Source of the DNA: Squalus acanthias
Taxonomy: Eukaryota
DNA length: 64,000 nt
Reading direction: 5' to 3'
Assembly: GCA_030390025.1 (NCBI GenBank)
Contig: CM059432.1
Span: 16,804,001-16,868,000 of the forward strand
Numbering within the stretch: position 1 is the stretch's first letter; every line of letters starts with the position of its first letter. Made by a program: the position numbers and the translations under genes. The notes under the pieces are model-generated. The model was not told the origin of the DNA and made no database searches. It worked only from the letters and a program-made list of their open reading frames with translations. Below are positions 24,951 through 37,452 of this stretch, piece by piece.

Positions 24951-25627
24951 CCTTCAGATGTGCCTCTGGCATTATGTAGAATTGTTTTTTGCCTTGGTTT
25001 CATTTGAAATTATGCTTAGGGTCAGGTAATAAAAAGATAAAACTTCTGCTTCATCTTGCCGTTTTCCAACCTTAAGAAGAGTGAACTCTTTTTATCACAA
25101 CCTACACAGAGCAGCATTGGAGTCTGAGCACGTACTGCCTGGAAACTAGGGCAGCACTATAATAACCTATCAGTACCACAGCTAGCTCCTGGATCCTCAA
25201 AGGCAGCTTCCATATTTTCCATACAGCTGGGGAGGCAAAGAATGACGATTGACTCTGTTCTTTCAATCGACATGCCAACTACATCATATTGAATTTCATA
25301 CACTATATTCCTAGAATGCTGTCAGGCAGTGTTGAACAGCATTCATCGGCAGACAGGGGTGTTATTAAAATGGTACATGCCTGAAATTATGTGTTTTGAC
25401 TTCAAAGTATTATTTGTACATATGCATTATCATAATTCATGAACAATTTATGTCATCAATGTTAAACACAATATAAATGTGATTACAATGAATCCTATGC
25501 TTGCATCACACATTTTGAATGTCCCAAATTGAGTGCGATGTAACTATGTACAACGATCAAATTTACTGTTTATAATGATCAAATAATTCCCTTTGGGATG
25601 CTAGAGTTCTCCTAGTGCAGCAACTAT

Positions 25628-25990
25628 GGGAGTGCTGCACTGTCGGAGGTGCAGGACTGAGGGGGTGCTGCACTGTCGGCAGCGCCGTCTTTTGGATGAG
25701 GTGTTAAATCGAGGCTCTGTCTGCCCTCTTAGGTGGATGTAAAAGATACCATGATACTATTTGAAGAGCAGGGGAGTTCGCCTCAATCTGGCCACTATCA
25801 TTAAGAAACAGACTATTTGGTCATCATCACAATTGCTGTTTGTGGAATCTTGCTGTGCGTAAATTGGCTGCTGCGTTTCCTACATTACAACAGTGACTCC
25901 ACTTCAAAAAGTACTTCATTGGCTTTAAAGCACTTTAGGACATCCTGAGGTCATGAAAGGTACCATATAAATGCAAATCTTTCTTTCTTT
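25628..25990 (+). mobile_element. DeuSINE (5-prime truncated)
   Basis: GGATGTAAAAGATACCATGATACTATTTGAAGAGCAGGGGAG core and ATATAAATGCAAATCTTTCTTTC tail. Confidence 0.8.
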
Positions 25991-26488
25991 CCCAATGAAT
26001 CATAGAATAATACAGCACAGAAGGAGGCCATGAGCAGCAGGAATGTGATTATTCTGCTTCAAAATGACAACAAACGTGTGGCTGCTTCACCTTTAACATC
26101 TAATAGGCCACAGCAGTGGAGATGGTGCTTGAGTCCATATCTCATTCATCTACACAGAGTCTGATGTATGGGGCGGGGGGACAAGCATCAAGAATTCACT
26201 CTAGGGTGAGACAGAAGTATCAGAACAATGAAAAGAGATCTCAATGCAGATAGGGGCTACAGTGACAAAACCATTTTTTTTTTACATGCATAGCAACCAA
26301 ATTTGACAATGGGATGAAAAAATGTATTTCAATCTAGGTTGCATAGTCTGTTACTTATAATTAAAATACTTGTAGTTAATACAGCCAGCGCTGCAAAGAA
26401 TAAGCATTCGCAATTAGCTTGACAAAATAATGTTCTTCACATTCAGGGTTGACTGTACTTACACAAACAGCTGGGGCTAAAAAATATT

Positions 26489-26959
26489 GGGCCAGAATTT
26501 GTGGCGGGTAATAACGGCGAACTAACAGCGTTAACTAACTTTGTGAAGTATCAAATTTCCCCATTATGATAAAAATTACAATTTTTAAGAAACTTAAAAA
26601 AAAAATTTTATATTTTTTTTAAGTTTGTTCATCTATATTCCAGCTTTACCTTTTCCCCATGTGAGAGCACCTGTCTTTGTTTTACCCTCTAACTTTTTTT
26701 TTTAAGTGCAAATAGAAGCAGCTTCTTCACTTCCTGATTCCCTGTCTGTGAGAATTCTGCATTGTGATTGGCTGCTTAGACAGCTTGTTGACATCACAGT
26801 AGAGTGTTCTAGGGATTCCCCATTATAGTACACTGAAATCACTTACACGTCGAAGGCGGCAAACTTCTTGCCACAGAGATTGCGAGATCTTTGCGGCCAG
26901 CTTTCTTCGGGGCCAGCAGCAAACGCCTTTGCTTCGCCACTGACCGCAAATTCCAGGCC
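26489..26959. mobile_element. MITE, PIF/Harbinger-ISL2EU group-like
   Basis: Imperfect TIRs GGGCCAGAATTTGTGG / CCGCAAATTCCAGGCC with ATT on both flanks. A related reversed copy starts at about 49634. Confidence 0.65.
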
Positions 26960-27316
26960 ATTATCTTGACTTGGCAAGCAAGCCCTTAGAGATTATGCAA
27001 TTCAGGAACAGAAAAAAATCTGAGCAATGATTTGTATATCCACATGGCAACTACATCAGAAAGAGGCAGACAAATCTGACATGGTTTCCTACTCACATCC
27101 TTAATTGCAAGAAATTCTGAAATCATCACATTCACAAGCATGACGAGCCACATTGTTCCCCTTCTTCCTGGAGGCACTGACTTCTGTCTGTTGTCCTCCA
27201 GCACTTTGCACAAGCATCAGTTATTCACTTATGAATCTAGACAGTGAGGATTACAAATCTATTTTTACCATAGAGGGCATCACAGCCAAATTCGATTTTG
27301 CCCTCACCTCTCTTCC

Positions 27317-28140
27317 AACAACAACAACAAATTGCATTTATATTGCACCTTTAATACAGGAAACTGCCCCAAGGTGCTTCACAGAAGCATAACCAGACAG
27401 AAATTGACACCAAGCCAAAGAATGAGATATTGGGAGAGATGATTCATAGCTTGGACAAAGAAGTCAGTTTTTGGGAGCGTCTGAAAGATGGAAAGAGGTA
27501 GCGATACGGAGAGGGAATTCCAGAGCTTAGGAACCAGGTGGCTGAAGGCACTGCAACCAATGGTAGGGCAAAGGGAGTGAGGGATGGCTAAGAGGCCAGA
27601 ATTGAAGGAACGCAGGGTTCTTGGACAGTTGTAGGGCTGAAGAAGTATACAAAGATAGGGAGAGCCGAGGCCCTGAAAGGATTTGAACCCGAGGATGAGA
27701 ATTTTAAATGAGGCTTTGGTGAACCGGGAGCCAATGTTGGTCAGCAAACACAGGGGAGATGGGTGAGCGGATTAGGATACAGGCTGCAGACTTTTGCAAT
27801 CGCATTAGTTTATGAAGGGCAGCGTTGAAATAGTTGAGTTTGGAGGTGATAAAAGCATGAATGGGGGGTTTAGCAGCAGATGGGCTGAGGCAGGGGAGAT
27901 GGTGGAAGTTGTCGGTCTTTGTGATGGGGAGGATCTGGGGTCAGTAGCGAGGGAAGACAGCTTGTTTGGAGGGGTGGGGGGGCGGAGGATGCAAAGACAA
28001 TGGCTTTGGTCTTCCCAATGTTTAAGGAAGGAATGTTTATGGGGGAAATTGCGGTTCATCGAGAACAAGATGTTGGACATGCAGTCTGTCAACTCAGAGG
28101 CAGTGTCGGGGTCAGGAGAGGTGGTAGAAAGGTAGAGCTG
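27317..28140 (-). mobile_element. L2 LINE 3-prime portion (degenerate)
   Basis: FKILILGFKSFQGL...RTLRS...AFSHLVPKLWNSL ORF remnant and (CAA)n end on plus. Confidence 0.8.
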
Positions 28141-29299
28141 TCCACACACGTAATAATAGCAAGAATCCGAGACAAATTTTCACTCCCTAACCGAGTGGTA
28201 CCGAGGTCAACTACAGTGCTGTTACCACACCCCTACACTTCCCCGAACGAGATCAGACACTTCAGAACAGACCAGGATTGACCCAAGACCTTCCTAATCT
28301 ATACAGTTCACCTATTCATTGGATAAACTCACTGATCCATCAAGGAGTCCTCTATAACGCTTCTCAAAGTGATACAAAACTGTACAAATGATATGACAGA
28401 AAATATTCAAATTTACTTCCAAAACAGTAGCTTTAATAATCCATGAAGTGATGGAGGATATCCTTGTGGGCATCCAGTGAAGGGCAGTTAGCATCGTGAA
28501 TAAATTTGGTATAAAACATTTTCCACCAACTTTATTCATAAAAATGTAACAGGCAAAATACACCACAAAATGTATTTTAAAGATTTGTGTATAAAGAAAA
28601 ACTTAACATGAACCTCCACAATTCAGAAACTTAGGATTGTAAAGATTGTATTTGTAACACACAGCTTGTCATGTCGAACCACCCGTGCATGTCAGTGGTT
28701 TTGCTGGCTCTCCGATGCACAAAGGCTGGGACTTTCTCTTTTTAATATAAACAAAAGCAGGACTTAACAGAATGATGACAAAGGTACAAGCGCATAAAGA
28801 ATCTGACCAACACTGGATCTGAAAAAGTAACAGATTATCTAGCTTTTCGTTCCATCTACATTTGTGTCAAAATGGAACCCCAAGTACTCCATCACAAATC
28901 TGCACTCAATGAAGACCACATTCTGATTTATCACCCTTAGTTCAGTCAACCTTGAAGGGGAACGAGAAACTCTCCACTAATTAATTATACAAATTAAATT
29001 GCATCAAGGTTTTCCTACTGCTCAAATATTTCCAAGAAGAAGCACAGCATGTCAGTGGAGAAAACACTCAACTTTGCTAGCTAATAGCCTCCTTCAAAAT
29101 CTTTTTTCTGCGTTTTCTATTAACAATGATTGAGGCTGTAGTTTTGGAAGAGGCATCATTATTTTCACAACCTCTAGTTCCAACCTAATTTCGTGAACAG
29201 TTCTAAAATAAGCTCCTTCTGTTGCATTTGAAGATTGCAAAACTCCAAAGAATTTGAATTTGGGAAAGGCTAGGAAATTTCTTTTTTATCCATCACTAA

Positions 29300-31390
29300 G
29301 ACCGCCGATTTCCACCTCTGTAACATCGGCCAACTCCGCCCTAGCCTCAGCTCATCCGCTACTGAAACCCTCATCCATGCCTTTGTTACCTCTAGACTTG
29401 ACTATTCCAACGCACTCCTGTCCGACCTCCCATCTTCCACCCTCCATAAACTTAAGCTCATCCAAAACTCTGCTGCCCGTATCCTAACTTGCACCAAGTC
29501 CCGTTCACCCATCCCCCATCGCTGACCTACATTGGCTCAGTTGAGCAGCGCCTCAATTTTAAAACTCTCATCTTTGATTTCAAATCCCTCAATGGCATAA
29601 GAACATAAGAAATAGGAGCTGGAGTAAGTCATTTGGCCCTTCGAGCCTGCTCCGCCATTCAACAGGATCATGGCTGATCATCTACCTCAACTCCACCTTC
29701 CCGCACTATCCCCATATCCCTTAATTCCCAAATATTTATCAACCTCTGTCTTGAATATACTCAACGACTGAGCATCCACAGCTCTCTGGGGTAGAGAATT
29801 CCAAATATTCACAACTCTGAGTGAAGAAATTTCTCCTCATCTCAGTCCTAAATGGTCGACCCCTTATTCTGAGACTGTGACCCCGTGTTCTAGATTCCCC
29901 AGCCAGGGGTAACATTTTCTCAACATTAACCCTGTCAAGCCCCTTAAGAATTTTATATGTTTCAATTAGATCAACTCTCATTCTTCTAAACTCTAGGGGA
30001 TTTAGGCCTAAGTCTACTCAGTCTCTCCTCATAGGGCAATCCCATCATCCCAGGAACCAGTCTAGTGAACCTTTGTTGCACTCCCTCTAAGGCAAGTATG
30101 TCTTTCCTTAGATAAGGAGACCAGAACTGTACACAGTACTTCAGGTGTGGCCTCACCAACGCCCTGTATAATTGTAACAAGACTTTTTTTACTCTTATAC
30201 AATAATTCCTTTGTAATAAAAGCTAACATACCATTTGCTTTCCTAATTGCTTGCTGTACTTGCATGTTAACTTTCTGTAATTCATGTACAAGGACACCCA
30301 GGTCCCGCTGAATGCAAACATTTCCCAGTCTCTCACCATTCAAAAAATATTCTGCTTTTTTGTTTTTCCTACTAAAGTGGATAACTTCACACTTCCCCAG
30401 TATATTCCATTTGCCATGTTCTTGCCCACTCAGTCAACCTGTCTATATCTCGCTGCAGCCTCTTTGCGACCTCCTCACAGTTTACTTTCCCACCTAACTT
30501 TGTATCATCAGCAAACTTGGATACTTTACACTCAGTCCCTTCATCGAAGTCATTAATATAAATTGTAAATAGCTGAGGCCCAAGCACTGATCCTTGGGGT
30601 ATCCTGATCCTTGCGGTACCCCGCTAGTTACAGCCTGCCAACCCGAAAAAGTCCCGTTTATTCCTACTCTCTGTTTTCTGTCCATTAACCAATCCTCAAT
30701 CCATGCTAATATATTACCCCCAATCCCATGAGTCCTAATTTGGTGTAATAACCTCTTGAACCTTATCGAATGCTTTTTGAAAATCCAAATACACTACATC
30801 CACTGGTTCCCCCTTAGGTTCCATCCTACTAGGAACATCTTCAATAAACTCGAACAGATTTGTCAAACACGATTTCCTTTTCATAAAACCATGTTGACTC
30901 TGCCTAATCATGTTATGATTTTCTAAGTGTCCTGATACCACTTCCTTAACAATGGATTCCAGCATTTTGCCTACTACTGGCCTATAATTCCCAGTTTCTT
31001 CTCTTCCTCCTTTCTTAAATAGTGGGGGCATCACCCCTCTCTATCTCTGTAACCTCCTCCAGCCCTACAACCCTCCGAGATATCTGCGCCCCTCCAATGC
31101 TGGCTTCTTGAGCATCCCCGATTTTAATTGCTCCACTACTGGCGGCCATACTTTCAGCTGCCACGGCCCTAAGCTCTGTAATTCCCTCCATAAACATCTC
31201 CACCTCCCTACCTCTCTTTCCTCCTTTCAGATGCTCCTTAAAACCTACCTCTTTGACCAAGCTGTTGGTCATCTGCCCTAATATCTCCTTATGTGGTTTG
31301 CTGTCAAATTTAGTTTGATAACATTCCTGTGAAGCGCCTTGGGACGTTTTACTACGTTAAAGGCTTACATAAATATAAGTTGTTGTTGTT
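29300..31390 (+). mobile_element. L2 LINE 3-prime portion split by an antisense CR1
   Basis: [15 protein letters not shown]...IQNSAAR at 29370-29480, continuing at about 31030 to a (TTG)n tail. GGCAT is duplicated at both junctions. Confidence 0.85.
29599..31026 (-). mobile_element. CR1 LINE RT fragment inserted in L2
   Basis: [27 protein letters not shown] and LVRPHL motifs on minus, with CATAAGAA tail. Confidence 0.92.
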
Positions 31391-32139
31391 GACATGGCAT
31401 GTCAAACAGTGATGGAAGCAGAAAGGGAAATGGATAAATATTTGAAAAAGAAAAAATAAAGGGAATGAGGGGAGGCTAATGGCTCTTTCCGTGCTGCAGA
31501 ATCCTTTGATTCTCTGAAATAGGGTGATTTACTCAAAGTGTATTTGTAATTTGGATCTACTCAGAATTTCTGCCTTCAATCCATGTACACAGTACTTCTG
31601 AATTAGTAGGTGGTCAACTCGCAAAATCCCATTGCAGTTTCAATGATTGAAAAACAGCTCCTCTGTTGGCTGGGATTTCGTGTGAAATTATGCTGGGCTG
31701 TGTCAAACCAGTTTCATGTGGGAATGGACCACACCTCAAAACTGCCCCTTTCTTGATGCTTAATCAGCAATCGCACTCAGAAATTACTCCTCAGGATGAT
31801 TAATGTGGAAAATGGAAATGCCATGCTAATTTAATTGGGGATCTTCTTCAAAGTTGTGTCCGAGGCATATTTTGGGGAAGAGTGGAGGGAGCTTATGCAT
31901 GATACCAACAATTGTGTTCCATTCCTCAGCATCCACATTTCTCATCTCAAAATAGGTAGCAGTTACAACACGAAACAGGTCATTTAGCCCAACGAGTCCA
32001 CGTCGGTGTTCACCCTCCACGTGAGCAAATATTCTAATCATATTTACCCTGTTCCCATATCCCTTCAAACCCTTTACCTTCATCTATCTAATGAAAAAAG
32101 CCCCAATTTTTCCAAGTCATTCTACGTATTTCTATGGGA

Positions 32140-32378
32140 AAACTACTACCTCCAAGTTCCCCTCCAAGACGCGCACCATTCTGAATTGGAAGTATATCAC
32201 CGATCCTTCATCATCGCTGGGTCAAAATCCTGGAACTCCCTCCCTAACAGCACTGTGGGAGTACCTTCACCACATGGACTGCAGCGGTTCAAGGCGGTGG
32301 CTCACCACCACCTTCTCAAGGACAATTGGGGATGGGCAATAAATGCTGGCCTTGCCAGCAATGTCCACATCCTGTGAA
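32140..32378 (+). mobile_element. 3-prime end of the second CR1-group LINE family (as 50604-52090)
   Basis: GGGTCAAAATCCTGGAACTCCCTCCCTAACAGCAC...GGGCAATAAATGCTGGCCTTGCCAGC, near-identical to 51930-52060. Further fragments at about 19740-19845 and 42943-43028. Confidence 0.8.
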
Positions 32379-32411
32379 CAAATTTTTTAAAAATTCCTCA
32401 CACCAGGCAAT

Positions 32412-33124
32412 GGGCCGAAAATTGATCCCGGGACGCGAGAGTACGCACTGCATACTCTCGCGTATTCCCACTCCAATTGCCGGTTTTCTGCATGCCCTGC
32501 GCATGCGCTGAAAACCGGCAATTGCTCTTCTGAAAAGGGGGCGGGGCCTGGGTGCATCGCGTGCGCGCTACAGGCTGCGCGCACGCTGTGCACTTCATGC
32601 TTTGGACGCGCAGGTAAGTAGGGAAGATTTTGGAAATGTAAAAAGGAGGAGTAAGACCCGCTTTTAAGGTGGTAAGTAGTGAATTAAGTATTTTTTTGAA
32701 TTTTTTTTTACAGGTATATCTTTTTTATAGACTTTAAAGACAGGTAAGTTTATTTTTATAACTTTTTAAAAGATTTTAAATTTTTTCAAAAATTTAATTT
32801 TTTATTTAAAATGGTTAATTTAATTAACTATACTTATTTTATTAATGTGATGGGTTTTTTTTTAAATTTAATTGAGGTTTAGCTGTTATTTTGGGGGGGT
32901 GTAAGATTCATAAGTCCAGCGGTGTGCTGCCATTGGCTCTAACTGAGTCACGTGATCCCACAGCTCGCATGAATTAACTACGCCGCTGGGATACGCAAGC
33001 CCAGCACAGCTGATGTCTGGAACATCAAGTTCGTGCGAGCTGGATCAGAAAAAGCATAAGCGAGGTGAGACATCGCGGGGAAGGCTTACCCCCGCGGGAA
33101 CAGAGCGAGATCAATTTCTGGGCC
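32412..33124. mobile_element. CpG-rich MITE, PIF/Harbinger-ISL2EU group-like
   Basis: Imperfect 19-bp TIRs GGGCCGAAAATTGATCCCG / CGAGATCAATTTCTGGGCC with AT on both flanks. AT-rich centre. Confidence 0.7.
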
Positions 33125-33385
33125 ATTATCCTAGTAAATCTGTGTTGTACCCTCTCTGAAATCTCAGTATCCTCGAAGATTTAAAAAAAGCTAAGAAAAA
33201 ATAATGGGATTAAAGGGACAGTGGCAGTGTGGATACGAAATTGGCTAAGGGACAGAAAGCAGAGAGTGGTGAACGCTTGTTTTTCAGACTGGAGGGAGGT
33301 ATACAGTGGTGTTCCCCAAGGGTCGGTATTAGGACTACTGCTCTTTTTGATATATATTAAATGACCTGGACTTGGGTATACAGGG

Positions 33386-34042
33386 TGTGGAAATGGAAGA
33401 AGTAGTGTAAAACTGAAATAAAATGAAGGAGTCACCACCATATGTAAGGGACAGTGGATAAATAATGCAGAGGTTCAGTAATGTTCTGAAACAGAGGGCT
33501 CATCGGTAACCTCGTCAGACACGGGTGAGGTCACTACAGACACCAGTTAACAAACAATGGGTCAATTAAAGAAAATGGATGAAGACAGACGTAAACTAAT
33601 TAAGGAGATGGGACAGGTTGTAGAATAGGATAAACTAATCATCAGGACACAGGAAAGAGGGAACAAATGTGTAACCAAAGAGATGGGACAGATTATAGAA
33701 TAGTATAAACCAGGAGGAAAAACTCCAGATAGGCAGCAAGAACCTGGGAGCAACACTCGACAGCAGGGACCTGGGAACAGACACCCTACGTAGAGGTTTG
33801 GACAGAGATTGATCACCTCAGACCAAATCGGGTAATATCAATATAAGTTGTGAGTCTTATATTTTGGAATTGTACTTTAAACTACGAATGGTGTTTATTA
33901 AGCATTTATTAAAGATAAATCTTTGTACACGAAATCTGTTGCCTGTGTGTTTGTTCAGACCAAATTTACATTTGAACCCGAAAAGGAAAAGTTGCTAACC
34001 TATTTGTTCGATCTTTCGAACATCTAGCGAATTCAGACAACA
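33386..34042 (+). mobile_element. Solo LTR (657 bp)
   Basis: TGTGG...CAACA termini and an exact 5-bp TSD CAGGG (33381-33385, 34043-34047) splitting a CR1. TATAAA at about 33704, ATTAAA at about 33908. Confidence 0.8.
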
Positions 34043-34126
34043 CAGGGCATCATTTCTCAGCTTGCAGATGACACGCAACTCAGAAATGTAGTAAACAATG
34101 AGAAGGATAGTAACAGACTTCAGGAG

Positions 34127-34163
34127 TCGTCCACCCCAGTCCAACACCGGCATCGCCACATCA
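34127..34163 (+). mobile_element. Penelope-like family A 37-bp tail-only insertion
   Basis: TCGTCCACCCCAGTCCAACACCGGCATCGCCACATCA flanked by the 12-bp TSD AGACTTCAGGAG (34115-34126, 34164-34175). Confidence 0.85.
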
Positions 34164-34674
34164 AGACTTCAGGAGGACAGACAAACAGACTGGTGAAATG
34201 GGCAGACACACGGCAGATGAAATTTAACGCAGAGAAGTGTGAAGTAATACATTTTGGTGGGAAGAATGAGGAGAAGCAATATGAACTAAATGGTACAATT
34301 TTAAAAGGGGTGCAGGAACAGAGACCTGGGGGTGTGTGTACACAAATCTTTGAAGGTGGCAGGACAGGTTGAGAAGGCCGTTAAAAAAGCATACAGGATC
34401 CTGGGATTTATAAATAGAGGCATAGAGTGCAAAAGCAAGGAAGTTGTGTTAAAACTTTATACAACACTGGTTAGGCCTCAGCTAGAGTATTGTGTTCAAT
34501 TGTGGGCACCACACTTTAGGAAGGATGTCAAGGCTTTGGAGAGGTTGCAGAAGAGATTTAGTAGAACTGTACCAGGGATGAGGGACTGCAGTTCTGTGGA
34601 GACTGGAGAAGCTAAGGTTGTTCTCCTTGGAGCAGAGAAGGTTAAGAGACAATTTGATAGAGGTGTTCAAAATC

Positions 34675-35100
34675 ACTTGCATTTATATAGTGCATTTAAT
34701 GACCTCAGGACGTTCCAAAGCGATTTACAGCCAATGAAGTACTTCTGAAGTGTAATCACTGTTGCAATGTAGGAAACTCAGCAGGCAATTTACATACAGC
34801 AAGCTCCCACAAACAGCAATGTGATAACGACCAGATAATCTGAGGGGGGGGGCGGGGTTTAAGTGATGTTGACTGAGGGTTAAATATTGCCAGGACACCA
34901 GGGAGAATTCCCCTGCTCTTCTTCTAAATAGTGCCATGGAATCTTTTACGTCCACCCGAGAGAGTTGACTCTTTAATGCCTCATATAAAAGACGGCACCT
35001 CCGACAGTGCAGCACTCCCTCAGTACTGCACTGGGAGTGTCAGCCTAGATTTTTGTGCTCAAGTCTCTGGAGTGAGATTTGAACCCATGACCCACACTGA
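34675..35100 (-). mobile_element. DeuSINE, near full length
   Basis: Collinear with 10600-11300. Confidence 0.85.
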
Positions 35101-36391
35101 GTGCTAAGTTAACAAAGATTGCAAGCCACATATCAGAGATGGAAGAAATTTTAAATATAAATTGTGGAGAGCAACCAAAATACAAATAATTAGGGGATAG
35201 CAATAGATTAATATTTTAAATACTTTCACATTTAATTTTATGAGCAATGCACTGAGAGATTAACTATTACTGACAAAAAATATAATTTTTGGATTATTTA
35301 AAAATATATATTTTGGGGGTCATATGATGATTGTTTTCAAGCTGTCTGCCCTGGAGTTAGATGTCAGAAATATTATTGATAATATTTGCATTTATATAGT
35401 GCCCCATTACATTGCTGACATCACAAAGCATTTGTACATTGAATTACTTGTGACAGAATTATTTTCTCCTATTCAGTATTCGCGTCCAATATAACAAGAG
35501 TACAGTATGAACAGTTTTGATAGAGTAAATCGAGAGAAACTGTTTCCAGTGATAGAAGGGTTGGTAACCAGAGGATACAGATTTAAGGTAATTGACAAAA
35601 GAGCCAGAGGTGAGATGAGAATTTTTTTTACGCAGCAAGTTATGATTATCTGGAATGCACTACCTGAAAGGTGGAAGGAGATTCAATAGTAACATTCAAA
35701 GGAGAATTGAATAAATACTTGAAGGCAAAAAAATTACCGGGCTATGGGGAAAGAGCGGGGGGAGTGGGATTAACTGGATAGCTCTACCTAAGAGCCGTAC
35801 AGGCACAATGGACCGAATGCCCTCTTTCTGTGCGGTATCATTCGATGATTCTATAAATACACACCAATGACAACCACTATGTTTTATTTTTCAGAAGACA
35901 AAAGCAACTTGAGGTACAAACATGTTACTCAGCACAACTGCATACAGGGATGGGCAATAAATGTAACCTTTCCAGTGTCATACACATCCCGAGAACAAAT
36001 AAAGAAAACTGCATCTTAAATCAAACAGAATGGCCCTTATCAGTTAAATATGTTGCACACAGTGAAAATTGTAGTTACTTGTTCAGTAGTCTCTTCAGAT
36101 CAGTCAAATGTCCTGAAACCACAACACATTAATTTGGATGTGCCTGGCAACTCTACCAGAAGAAACAAGGAAAATATTAAAACAACAAAAATTTGCAGAA
36201 AAATCTAAATTTAGCAAACTTACAAATAAAATGTTTAAGACCCACTTTCAATTTTGAAATATCTTATAAAGCACTCAATTTATATGTTGCACTCCATCAA
36301 TTTCCTTTAATACAAATGAACTTTTCAAACTAACTCACCAATGAAAATGCATTCCATTCATTTGAAATGCGCAAGTTGTTGTATTTATTCA

Positions 36392-37452
36392 AAGATGGGA
36401 GGGAAAGTAGTGAGTGAGGAGGACATAAAAAACCTGCAAGGGGACATAGACAGGCTAAGTAAGTGGGCAGAGATTTGGCAGATGGAATACAACACTGGAA
36501 AGTGTGAGGTGATGCACTTTGGCAGGAAAAATCCTAGAGCAATTTATTATCTTAATGGCAAGAAACTGGAGAGTACTGAAGTGCAAAGGGATCTGGGGGT
36601 CCTGGTGCACGAAACTCAAAAGGTTAGTATGCAGGTGCAGCAAGTGATTAAGAAGGCAAATGGAATGTTGGCTTTCATTGCTAGGGGGATAGAATATAAA
36701 AATAGGGAGGTATTGCTTCAGTTGTACAAGGTATTGGTGAGACCGCACCTGGAATACTGCATACAGTTTTGGTGTCCTTACTTAAGGAAAGACATCCTTG
36801 CTCTCGAGGCAGTGCAAAAAAGGTTCACTCGGTTAATCCCGGGGATGAGGGGGTGGTCATATGAGGAGAGGTTGGGTAGATTGGGACTCTACTCATTGGA
36901 GTTCAGAAGAATGAGAGGCGATCTTATTGAAACATATAAGATTGTGAAGGGGTTGGATCGGGTGGATGCGGGGAGGATGTTCCCGATGACGGGTGAGACT
37001 AGAACTAGGGGACATAGTCTTAGAATAAGGGGCTGCTCTTTCAAAACTGAGATGAGGAGGAACTACTTCACTCAGAGGGTGGTAGGTCCATGGAATATGC
37101 TGCCACAAAAAGCTGTAGAAGCTACAACATTAATTAAATTTAAAACAGAAATAGACAGTTTCCTAGAAGTAAAGGGCATTAAGGGTTACGGGGAGCGGGC
37201 AGGAATTTGGACATGAGTCTAGGTTCGGATCGGTCATGGCCCTGTGGGTAGTGGAGCGGGCCCAGGGACTGTGTAGCCTGATTCTGCTCCTATTTCGTGT
37301 GTGCAATTCTGTTAGATGCAGGAGATGGTTCTGTGATAGATAGTAGATTGGCGGTTAGGATCAGATCAGCCATGATCTTATTGAATGGCGGAGCAGGCTC
37401 GAGGGGCCGATTGGCCTACTCCTGCTCCTATTTCTTATGTTCTTATGTTCTT
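36392..37452 (+). mobile_element. Young 5-prime-truncated CR1 LINE with an intact C-terminal ORF2 frame
   Basis: About 275 uninterrupted codons (LQGDIDRLSKWA...LVRPHLEYC...GIKGYGERAG) and a (TTCTTATG)n tail. Same subfamily as 52771-55459. Confidence 0.95.

Larger units (their letters stand above)
33195..35853 (+). mobile_element. CR1 RT/3-prime region fragmented by a solo LTR, a PLE tail and a DeuSINE
   Basis: Collinear pieces at 33195-33385, 34043-34672 and 35505-35853 ([29 protein letters not shown]). Confidence 0.85.

Noticed and set aside
36341..37216. 291-aa ORF as a possible domesticated gene
   Set aside because: It is the C-terminal part of CR1 ORF2 read in from a chance upstream ATG. 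It lacks the catalytic RT core and has a near-identical sibling at 54525-55268.
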